32,000 nt of DNA from Candidatus Aenigmatarchaeota archaeon (GCA_016198755.1 JACQIB010000001.1:1-32000); one strand, 5' to 3'; positions 24,530 to 31,938 are shown, counted from the first letter of the stretch. Translations and numbers: made by a program. Notes: generated from the letters alone by a model not told the origin.

Positions 24530-25330
24530 ATGAAATTGCTCTGTTTCAATCCACACAATGACGATACAATTATCGGGGCCGGTGGGACTGTAATAAAGCT
24601 CCTGAGAAAAGGCTGGAAAATAGGGTATGTTTACATAACAGACGGGAGGTATGGAAGCGATATTTTAACCCCGGAAGAAACAGAAAAAATAAGGGCAGAA
24701 GAAGCAAAAAAAGAGAGGAAAATTTTAGGCATAGAAAATTTCTGGAATATGGAAATAGAAGATGGAACACTGGAAAAGTTATCAGCAGGTGAGATAGAAA
24801 GTCTAGAAAAGAAAATCCTAACTATTATATCAGATTTCAGTCCAGACTTCATCCTTATCCCCTCCCTCTCCGAGCTCCATCCAGACCATAGATCAACTCA
24901 CAATATAGTTTACAATCTTGTAAAATCCAATAAGCTCGAGATTCCTGTACTAAAGTATCTTGTATGGTCACTTCCGGATTTTTTCAAGAAAAACTATGAC
25001 TTAGCTGAAAAGGCAATAATAGTAAACATAGACAAGGAATTTGAGGACAAAATAAAAATACTAAAGCTCCATTCCTCGCAAGACAGTGAAGGGAGGTATA
25101 CAAAGATAGTATACCATTTTAATTCCTACATCTCTCTCGTTTTTAAAACATACAAAAATCTGGACTTTGATAAAAGCGAGATAATTGGTATTTTTAACCT
25201 ATTGGAAAAAAACAAAGTATCCTTAGAAAATCTCCTAAAAGACCTGGAAAATCCAACAGACGTTACAATAATGTTCCATGGAAGGCAGGAAAAGAAGATA
25301 AAAGCCCAGCTGGGGGATGACTTTGGATAA
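24530..25330 (+). CDS. PIG-L/LmbE-family N-acetylglucosaminyl deacetylase
   Basis: NPHNDDTIIGAGGT (PH.DD motif) and HPDHRSTH metal-binding motif; 266 aa. Confidence 0.75.
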   Translation: MKLLCFNPHNDDTIIGAGGTVIKLLRKGWKIGYVYITDGRYGSDILTPEETEKIRAEEAKKERKILGIENFWNMEIEDGTLEKLSAGEIESLEKKILTIISDFSPDFILIPSLSELHPDHRSTHNIVYNLVKSNKLEIPVLKYLVWSLPDFFKKNYDLAEKAIIVNIDKEFEDKIKILKLHSSQDSEGRYTKIVYHFNSYISLVFKTYKNLDFDKSEIIGIFNLLEKNKVSLENLLKDLENPTDVTIMFHGRQEKKIKAQLGDDFG

Positions 25331-25553
25331 AGAAACTTTTACTAAGTACGCAGCAGAAATATGCATACTTTTGGGTCTTCTCCTTATCCTCTACTTTTCT
25401 TTTGTTTTGGGTTTTGTTCAAGCATTTTCAAACATGTTTTCCCATATTGTAAAGGACTTTACAATCGAACTCTCAGACCACCTGTACATAGCAGGCTGGC
25501 TGCTTCTTATCTATGGATTGTACAAGCTGGCAGGAAAGAGGTTTTTATCCTAA
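25317..25553 (+). CDS. Small two-TM membrane protein, unknown function
   Basis: 78 aa with two hydrophobic helices. It overlaps the upstream stop by 14 nt, which suggests coupling. Confidence 0.45.
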   Translation: MTLDKETFTKYAAEICILLGLLLILYFSFVLGFVQAFSNMFSHIVKDFTIELSDHLYIAGWLLLIYGLYKLAGKRFLS

Positions 25554-25571
25554 CCCTGCCTATATAATAAC

Positions 25572-26789
25572 ATGCCAAAGAAGACTCTTCTTGTAGTTTT
25601 GAGTGGAATAGGGGACGGGTTGGTGGAAGGCAGGGAAACATCTCTTCAGAGAGCTGCAAAGCCAACTTTAGATATTATAGCAAAGAACGGCTACTCTGGT
25701 TTGGTTGAAAACAACCTTCCCAACCCAAGCACAGAGCTTTCCCTATTCTCTCTTTTAGGTTATAATTCAGAATATCCTGGAGACGGGTTGGTAGAAGCTC
25801 TTTCAGTCCACCCAAACCTTATAGAAGGCGATGTTCTTGTACGCGCAAACTTCTGCACCGTGCGCGAACAGATAGGTGAAGTAGCGCAGGGAGAGTTTGA
25901 ACCCAGATTGGTTGTAGAAGAGCCCTGGGCAGGCAGGGAGAAAGAAGGGTTGATTGAGCTTTCAAAATCAATAGAAAACATGCTTATAGACGGAGTAAAG
26001 GTAGAGTTTCATAAAACTCTTGGATACCGTGGGTTTGTTTTAATCAGGAACATAGACGTTAAGCCAAACATAACAGATACATATTCAGAAACAGTTGGTT
26101 CACCAGTAAAAATTGTAAAACCTACAGCTCAGGATTCGGGTTCTGTTAGAACAGCAGCAACCCTGAATAAATGGCTTTTGGAAGTCTGGAAACTGTTAAA
26201 AGACCATCCAGCAAACAGGAACAGGCGCTACCCTGCAAACTTTTTACTTTTAAAAGGCGCATCCACACCAATTCCATTTCCTCCATTTTACCAGAAAACA
26301 GGATTAAAGGGAAATATGGTTTCAGGTTTGCCAAGTCCCAAAGGATTAGCCAAGCTTTTGGGAATGAACGTGACAGAAGTGCATGGTGCAAATGCTAGCA
26401 CAGATACAAACCTGAGGGATAAAACTTTGGCTGCGCTAGATGGCCTACGATTACATAATTTTTCTATCCTACACATTTCCGGCTTTGATCGCTGCAGCCA
26501 TGAAAGGAACCCAAACCTGAAAAGAGCCTTTATAGAGAAAGTTGACAACGAGGTTTTCAGGAGAATAATGGAGTACATAAACCTGAAAACCACAAACTTG
26601 GTTGTTGTTTCAGACCACTGCACTCCTGTTCAGACTGGAGTACACGAAGCAGGCAAATTCCCATTTGCTATTGCAGGTGCAGGAATAAAGCCAAACTCTG
26701 TTTCCAGCTTTAATGAGAACAGCTGCAAAGCAGGTCCGTTGGTTTCCATAGAAAACTTCATGGAAGAAATCCTGAAATTCTCAGGCTAA
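25572..26789 (+). CDS. apgM: Archaeal-type cofactor-independent phosphoglycerate mutase-like protein (ApgM / alkaline-phosphatase superfamily)
   Basis: Overall ApgM pattern: GDG..EA...., RANFCTV, ISGFDRCSHE, VVSDHCTP..TGVHE. The N-terminal motif reads LSGIGDG where, as I recall, ApgM usually has DG.GD. It may therefore be a divergent paralogue. Confidence 0.6.
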   Translation: MPKKTLLVVLSGIGDGLVEGRETSLQRAAKPTLDIIAKNGYSGLVENNLPNPSTELSLFSLLGYNSEYPGDGLVEALSVHPNLIEGDVLVRANFCTVREQIGEVAQGEFEPRLVVEEPWAGREKEGLIELSKSIENMLIDGVKVEFHKTLGYRGFVLIRNIDVKPNITDTYSETVGSPVKIVKPTAQDSGSVRTAATLNKWLLEVWKLLKDHPANRNRRYPANFLLLKGASTPIPFPPFYQKTGLKGNMVSGLPSPKGLAKLLGMNVTEVHGANASTDTNLRDKTLAALDGLRLHNFSILHISGFDRCSHERNPNLKRAFIEKVDNEVFRRIMEYINLKTTNLVVVSDHCTPVQTGVHEAGKFPFAIAGAGIKPNSVSSFNENSCKAGPLVSIENFMEEILKFSG

Positions 26790-27244
26790 GACTTTTTATC
26801 CAACCACCCTGAAATATAGCCCCTATATTTTTGTTTAATTTTTGCAGGCAAGAAACTATATCCCTTTATAATCTTCCTGCACCCTTTAGAGCCGCACCTG
26901 CATTTCATAGACCACTCGCTGTCTTCAGACATGGCATAATCAAAAGTCAATTCTTCTCCCTTCCTTATATTCACCATAGCAACAATTTTTATGGTTCCTC
27001 TAATCCCGCAATTTGGGTTACATGAGTGGTTGATAAATTTCGAATCATCGCTGATTACCAGCCATTTATTGTTGCCGATCTGTACGCTGTGGTTTTCATC
27101 ATATTTTGATATAAACCTAAAGTCCTCCAAAGAGCGGGCTTTGCCTTCAAAAACTAAAACCACACCATCTTTTTTTATATCATTCTTTGCAAACAGGCCT
27201 TTTCCAAACCTGGATTTTCCCACACAAACATCTTTGTTTATCAT
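26786..27244 (-). CDS. SET-domain protein-lysine methyltransferase with a post-SET Cys cluster
   Basis: GKGLFA, NHSCNPNC, EELTFDY and post-SET CRCGSKGC motifs; 152 aa. Confidence 0.85.
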   Translation of the reverse strand: MINKDVCVGKSRFGKGLFAKNDIKKDGVVLVFEGKARSLEDFRFISKYDENHSVQIGNNKWLVISDDSKFINHSCNPNCGIRGTIKIVAMVNIRKGEELTFDYAMSEDSEWSMKCRCGSKGCRKIIKGYSFLPAKIKQKYRGYISGWLDKKS

Positions 27245-27302
27245 AACACCAGTTTACCTTATGGTTTTTAATAAGGTTTTGGAAATCGGAGCTTGCGCAA
27301 GG

Positions 27303-27310
27303 TTTAAATA
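27303..27310 (+). promoter_or_regulatory. TATA box TTTAAATA, candidate rRNA promoter
   Basis: Same octamer as at 155, 12424 and 12441. It is the first promoter-like element after the convergent or divergent SET gene, and lies about 520 nt upstream of the 23S 5' end. Confidence 0.4.
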
Positions 27311-29077
27311 CCTTCGGCTCACAGTAAAATACCTGTAGAAATGGTGGCTTTGTATGTTGAACCAATAAAGTGGCATTGGAAAACTTAACTTAGGCTTAAA
27401 AAAGCCTCTTTTTCTCGTGGTTCCCCTCAGGAGCTTTGTGCTATAACTGTGGTCCACGGTGTTTTTCCTTGTTGCAGAAATGCAGCATGCTATCATAGTC
27501 CTTAACAGGACTGGCACATACCGTACGTGCCAACAGCCCTCAATGAATTCAAGTAACGCGGCTGAGCCGAAAGGCAATGACATGCCCATGGGGTATATAA
27601 GAGGGTGCAAAAAAACCGGGCAGTGAAGAAACAAAACTGTCTCTTTGAGCAAAAAGCGATGAAAAAAACAAATGACGTTTCGAGCCCGTAAGCAGATGCT
27701 CATTCGAACCTGGGAGTTCGGGTGTAAGGGCAAATAGGAAGCGATGAAAGGTTTAGAACACCTATTGAGCTTTCAAGATCTTTATGATCGATGATGCCAA
27801 CAGAGGAAAGAGGAAAGGGTCTGGAACATCACAATAAAGGATACTGTATGGTGGATGACTCGGCATGGGTTACCGATGAAGAGCGTAGCAAGCTGCGATA
27901 AGCCTGGGTGAGACGCAAGCAGTCTTAGAACCCGGGATTCTCCAATGCGACCTCGCGCCAGTTTAGGCTGGCATTCGCATACAGAAATGTTTGCGAAAGG
28001 GAACCCGCTGAATTAAAGCATTTTAATAAGCGGAGGAAGAAAAATCAAACGAGATGCCGCTATTAGCAGCGAGCGAAAACGGCAGAGACCAACCCGAATC
28101 TTTTTGTGTAAGCAGGAAGAGATGTGGGGCCAGGTACAATCTTTCTTTCGACCTGAAGTTCCGTGGAACACGGGTGCCATAGAAGGTGAAAGTCCTGTAA
28201 GGGAAAAAAGAAAGATTGATTCTGGAGGAAGAGTACCATTCCCCGATTCGGGAGTGGGAATATGGGGGTCATCAATCTCCAAGTCTAAACATAAACCATG
28301 GCCGATAGCGAAAGAAGTACGGTGACGGAATGTTGAAAAGAATTCTTCACCGAAGATGAAAAGAACCTGAAACCATACAGTGATAGTCGCCCATGGCGCG
28401 AAAGGTGCCCTTGTGAAGGAAAACTGCGTGAGCAGTGTGTACGAACAGGGGCTTACAGCGTTATGGGGTTCGTTTCGAAACACGTGGTAGGGAGTTTGCT
28501 TTCCTGGCGAGCTTAAGCTGTAAAACGGCGAAAGCGTAGCGAAAGCGATTGCACGCAGCCCGCAAGGGTCAGGTGCAAGGTTCGAAAGAGCCTGTAGTCA
28601 GGGGGGCAAGACCCGAAACCTTTCGATCTTACCCTGGGCAGGATGAAGTGCGGCGAAAGCTGCATGGAGGTCCGATACCGATGCTAGCGCTAACTTCTCC
28701 AGCAGGAGAAGCTTCCAAGAAAAATCTGATTGGAGGAGGTGCAACCTGCTCGGGTGACCTGGGGTAAGGGGTGAAAAGCCAATCGAGAAAGGTAATAGCT
28801 GGTTCCTCTCGAAATGTCCCTCAGGACAGCCTCGCTGGAGGCAGCTTGTGGGGTAAAGCACTGATTGGGGTGTTAAGGTGGGAAACCGCCGGCACGCCTG
28901 TCAGACTCATAACCTGCAAGCACCGTAGAAGGCGGGAGTGAGGGTACCTGGGTAAGCTAGGTATCCGAAGCGGGAACAACCGCGCCTGAGGTTAAGGTCC
29001 CTAAATGATAACTAAGTCACAAAAGTGGTGTCAGTCCAAAGACAGACGGGGCGTAGGCTTAGAAGCAGCCAATTTGA

Positions 29078-29934
29078 GTAGTAATCTATACTTTAGAATA
29101 CGAAAATCAATAAAAGGAAGATTGATTAATAGAATAAAGTGCACAAACTACCGCCAAAAAATCCGAAAATCGCGTTGAAGACTGTTAACCTGCAAGGGTT
29201 AACAGCTTTTAGAAAAACTAAGCCTACGATACCCAATTACATAAATCCGCAACTAGCATATCTGGCGGGAGCACTAAGAGATGGTACAATTTCAAAAACT
29301 ACAGGGCCGTATGGCACAAAATACTATCTAGCAATATGCAATAAAGACAAGATATGGCTTGATAGTGTAATACGGCCTACCATAGAAACAATATTCAACA
29401 TAAAACTTGGGAAAATACTGAAAGACAGACAAAAACACCAAATCAGAATAAGAAAATATGGGATAGTGCAATTCTTGGCAGATTTGTTCCAACATCCATA
29501 TGGTAAACAAACCTTATGGAAAACCCCAAAGATCATAGAGGATTCGCATAAAGAAATAAAAAAATGGTTCTTGCGAGGATTCTATGATTCTGAAGGAGGT
29601 TGTGGGAACATAACAAAATTGTATAATAAATATCCGTGGCACAGTCCATTTCCTATCAGATTCCATTCTGGATGGATAAATGAAAAAGAATGTCCTCCAC
29701 TGGATTCTATTAGGTATATATTGACTGAAGATTTTGGTATAAAATGTTCGCCTGTTATCTTTTCTAAGAGATATAAAACAGGCAGATACAAAACTCAAGT
29801 AAAAATGTTTTATATAAAAATTACAGATAAAGAACAAAAATTGAAATTCATTAAAACCATAGGTAGCTCAAATCCAACCAAATTTAAAGAACTATTATTT
29901 TTGAAAGGATTGCTGCTCAAAGCTGAACCGCATA
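29078..29934 (+). mobile_element. 23S intron I1 (about 857 nt) carrying a LAGLIDADG homing-endonuclease ORF, inserted at E. coli position about 1085/1086 (GTPase-associated centre, between the A1067 and A1095 loops)
   Basis: The exon sequence GCAGCCAATTTGA (29065-29077) stops aligning at 29077. Alignment resumes near ATCAACGCGTAACAGCGGACC (29935-). The insert is AT-rich. TTTGAG (29073-29078) can pair with CTCAAA (29917-29922). Boundaries are +/-5 nt. Confidence 0.8.
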
Positions 29935-30068
29935 ATCAACGCGTAACAGCGGACCGTTCGAGGACTGATGCGCTGAAAATGGACGGGAGTAAGTTATCTA
30001 CCGAGACCTCAGATACCAAAAGGTATAGCGTAGAGAGGCGCTCTGTTCGGGTAGAAGTTGGGGCGTAA
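29139..30068 (+). CDS. Double-motif LAGLIDADG homing endonuclease (intron-encoded)
   Basis: Motif 1 is LAYLAGALRDG (aa 39-49) and motif 2 is FLRGFYDSEGG (aa 144-154), spaced about 105 aa apart. The start is GTG. The endonuclease core ends near aa 265. The last 45 or so codons (29935-30068) are read-through into rRNA exon sequence and are probably not part of the real protein. Confidence 0.85.
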   Translation: MHKLPPKNPKIALKTVNLQGLTAFRKTKPTIPNYINPQLAYLAGALRDGTISKTTGPYGTKYYLAICNKDKIWLDSVIRPTIETIFNIKLGKILKDRQKHQIRIRKYGIVQFLADLFQHPYGKQTLWKTPKIIEDSHKEIKKWFLRGFYDSEGGCGNITKLYNKYPWHSPFPIRFHSGWINEKECPPLDSIRYILTEDFGIKCSPVIFSKRYKTGRYKTQVKMFYIKITDKEQKLKFIKTIGSSNPTKFKELLFLKGLLLKAEPHNQRVTADRSRTDALKMDGSKLSTETSDTKRYSVERRSVRVEVGA

Positions 30069-30734
30069 GTTCCAATGGACCGTTCAGAGATGAGAATCCT
30101 ACCGATAGTAGCAGCAAAGAAGAGTTGGAATCTCTTCCGCCCGAAAGGCAAGGTTTTCCCGGCAACGATACTCGGCCGGGAGTAAGCCGATCCTAAGTCG
30201 CCCCCTAACGGACGGCGACGAAAGGGAATACGGTTAATATTCCGTAGCTGCAGCCATAGACGGGGTAACCCAAGCCCAGGCAAAATGTTTTTGGATATGT
30301 TCATGTAAGCGAAGCGTTTAAACCCTTGGAGTTCCGTCAAGGAGAGAAAAGGGTGAATGCGTTACAGGCTTCGGCGCAAGCTGGAGTTGAGCAAATTCCA
30401 AGAATCCATGAAAATTTGCCAGGGAGCGATTGGCTGCATTCGTACTCAGAACCGACGCAGGTGACCTTGTCTGAGAAGGACGTGGCGTGACGAGATACAC
30501 CAGGCTAGGGAACTCGGCAACACTGGCCGCGTACGTTCGCTATAAGCGGTGCCCATCTAGAGATAGGTGGGTCTCAGTGACCAGGGCCAAGCGACTGTTT
30601 AACAAAAACGTAGCCGGTTGCTATGCGGAAACGCTGTGTATAACCGGTGAGGCCTGCCCAGTGGCGGTGTGTCAAACTCGGTTTCAACCGAGCTAAGCCC
30701 CGCTAAACGGCGGCGGTAACTCTGACCGTCTTAA

Positions 30735-30775
30735 TCCAATCATGTAGAGAAATCTGTATGGTTGCATTGGGTACA
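30735..30775 (+). other. 23S insertion I2 (41 nt) directly 3' of helix 69 (E. coli about 1928/1929); putative mini-intron
   Basis: ACCGTCTTAA | TCCAATCATGTAGAGAAATCTGTATGGTTGCATTGGGTACA | GGTAGCG. The insert folds as CCAAT/ATTGG plus CATGTAGA-GAAA-TCTGTATG (GNRA loop). Confidence 0.6.
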
Positions 30776-30910
30776 GGTAGCGTAATCCCTTGCCGATTAA
30801 ATGTCGGCCTGCATCAATGGCTTAACGACTTGGCCGCTGTCCCGGTCTGGAACTCGGCGAACTTGCTATTGTGGTGAAAAGGCCACAGACCCTCAGAGGG
30901 AATCGGAAGA

Positions 30911-31171
30911 AGTGCTCTCGAAAATTTTAAAAAATAAAAATAGGTGATAAAAATGAGAGAAATCAAAAATTTAATAGAGACAAAGTCTTGCGATCCTATA
31001 ACAGCATTAAATGTTGCAACACAAATAGTGTCAGCAGGAGCAGCAGTTGCATCTGTATACTATGCATCTAAAAAGAAATAAAATAAATACCTACCAACAT
31101 AAGCGAGAAGGTATTATGATCATGAATAGTTAGAATAGAATTTGAGCATTTCTCCGACCTCATAGAGAAGA
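30911..31171 (+). other. 23S insertion I3 (261 nt, AT-rich) within GGAAGA|CCCC (E. coli about 2058-2063); putative intron with a micro-ORF
   Basis: Removing it gives ATCGGAAGACCCCGTGGAGC, which matches the archaeal-type G2058 sequence. GAAGA is repeated at both junctions, so there are six equivalent placements. AGTGCTC (30911-17) pairs with GAGCATT (31144-50), and TCGGA (30903-07) pairs with TCCGA (31153-57). Confidence 0.65.
30953..31081 (+). CDS. Intron-encoded 42-aa hydrophobic micro-ORF (MREIKNLIETKSCDPITALNVATQIVSAGAAVASVYYASKKK)
   Basis: ATG is preceded by AGGTGAT (30942-30948), a 7-nt match to the anti-SD of archaeal 16S. The C-terminal half is a roughly 23-residue hydrophobic segment ending in KKK. 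I recognise no homing-endonuclease motif. Coding status is unproven. Confidence 0.35.
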   Translation: MREIKNLIETKSCDPITALNVATQIVSAGAAVASVYYASKKK

Positions 31172-31591
31172 CCCCGTGGAGCTCTGCGGCAGCCTGTCGT
31201 TGCTGTGCGGTCGCGGTTTCATAGAGTAGTTGGGAGAGGTTATATCAGCGTTTTCGGGCGCTGGTTACTCGGCAATGTAACACCAACATCTCGTGACTGT
31301 ACTGCTAACCTCGACTCGGGGGACACCGATTGGTGGGCCGCTCGGCTGGGGCGGTACGCTCATGACAGGAGATCATGAGCGCGCAAAGTTATCCTCATCC
31401 CGGTCAGAAATCGGGAGTAGAGTGTAAACGCAAAAGGATGACTGACTGTGTTCCGCAAAGCAAGGAACGCAGACGCGAAAGCGTGCGTTAGCGATACACC
31501 GAGTGGTCTTTGATGGATTTCGGTGACTTCAGAAAAGCTACCCCGGGGATATGGGTTGGCGCAGAGAAGCGGGTTTTCTTGGAACAATTTA

Positions 31592-31649
31592 ATAAGGCAA
31601 AGCTATCTTGCCAATAGAAATATTGGTTTGCAAAGCAAGCTTTATGCTA
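31592..31649 (+). repeat. Copy 1 of a roughly 57-nt direct repeat inside intron I4
   Basis: ATAAGGCAAAGCTATCTTGCCAATAGAAATATTGGTTTGCAAAGCAAGCTTTATGCTA. It contains the hairpins GGCAA..TTGCC and CCAATA-GAAA-TATTGG. Confidence 0.85.
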
Positions 31650-31725
31650 CACATACGTGTAGTGATTTTTCTAGAAAATCCGTGATAACCATCATTCTTC
31701 CACACATGCTATGATCGTACCTTGT

Positions 31726-31782
31726 ATAAGGCAAGCTTACTTGCCAATAGAAATATTGGTTTGAAAAGCAAGCTTTATGCTA
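31726..31782 (+). repeat. Copy 2 of the roughly 57-nt direct repeat inside intron I4
   Basis: ATAAGGCAAGCTTACTTGCCAATAGAAATATTGGTTTGAAAAGCAAGCTTTATGCTA. It is identical to copy 1 over the central CTTGCCAATAGAAATATTGGTTTG and terminal AAAGCAAGCTTTATGCTA. The differences fall in the first hairpin loop. Confidence 0.85.
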
Positions 31783-31876
31783 ATCAGAGTTTGAGAGCAA
31801 TTACTTTTTGTGGAAGAACATCTCTGCGCCAAGCCACTTCATAACAGAGTCGTGGCGGGCGAGAGCTCCTATCGAC

Positions 31877-31938
31877 ATTTCGTCGAGTATAGGGTTTCAA
31901 TTTTAGAGTTAGCTATGCCAATATTCGCGGAACGAAAA
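31877..31938 (+). other. 23S insertion I5 (62 nt) in helix 89 (E. coli about 2483/2484); putative mini-intron or hairpin insertion
   Basis: CCTATCGAC | ATTTCGTCGAGTAT...ATATTCGCGGAACGAAAA | CCCGCGCG. Removing it lets GCGGG pair with CCCGC as in H89. The insert's ends pair: TTTCGT/ACGAAA and CGAGTAT/ATATTCG, with a CGGA bulge. Confidence 0.6.

Larger units (their letters stand above)
31551..31842 (+). other. 23S insertion I4 (292 nt) within GGGGAT|AACAG (E. coli about 2449/2450, beside A2451); putative ORF-less structured intron
   Basis: Removing it restores CCCCGGGGATAACAGAG. ATA is repeated at both junctions (+/-3 nt). The closing stem pairs GGTTGGCGCAGAGA (31554-67) with TCTCTGCGCCAAgCC (31821-35). 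Confidence 0.7.

Noticed and set aside
27542-27590. C/D-box sRNA-like layout in the 23S leader (ATGAATT - 12 nt - CTGA - 11 nt - ATGACAT)
   Set aside because: Both C-type boxes deviate from RUGAUGA, no terminal D box (CUGA) follows, and there is no terminal stem.
27663-27785. A full-length 5S rRNA gene upstream of 23S
   Set aside because: Only the loop C/helix II-III portion resembles 5S. I could not find a helix I pairing the putative ends or a convincing loop E/helix IV-V. It is therefore kept only as a hypothesis inside the leader finding and is not called as a feature.
27803-27824. GAGGAAAGAGGAAAGGGTCTGG, resembling the RNase P RNA CR-I motif GAGGAAAGUCCGGGC
   Set aside because: It sits about 5 nt from the 23S 5' end, so there is no room for an RNase P RNA. 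No CR-IV or CR-V-like elements are nearby. It is more likely part of the 23S processing stem.
28694-28711. Perfect hairpin CTTCTCC-agca-GGAGAAG in 23S domain II, considered as a sixth insertion or intron
   Set aside because: The region (E. coli about 780-800) is variable in length among archaea, the excess is only a few tens of nt, and my recalled reference is not precise enough here. I treat it as a probable lineage-specific expansion.
27254-31714. Track ORFs inside the rRNA leader, exons and introns (27254-27733, 28013-28483, 28104-28325, 28549-28767, 28598-28861, 29936-30340, 30318-30500, 30487-30696, 31360-31587, 31523-31714)
   Set aside because: They overlap sequence that aligns to conserved 23S rRNA or to its leader. 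Their composition (R/P/G/C/H-rich) is typical of spurious frames in structured RNA. Only the LAGLIDADG ORF, and tentatively the 42-aa intron ORF, are retained.
31592-31782. Direct repeats considered as a mini CRISPR array
   Set aside because: There are only two copies of about 57 nt, which is too long. They lie inside a 23S rRNA insertion, no cas genes are present, and the sequence between them is itself hairpin-rich intron sequence.
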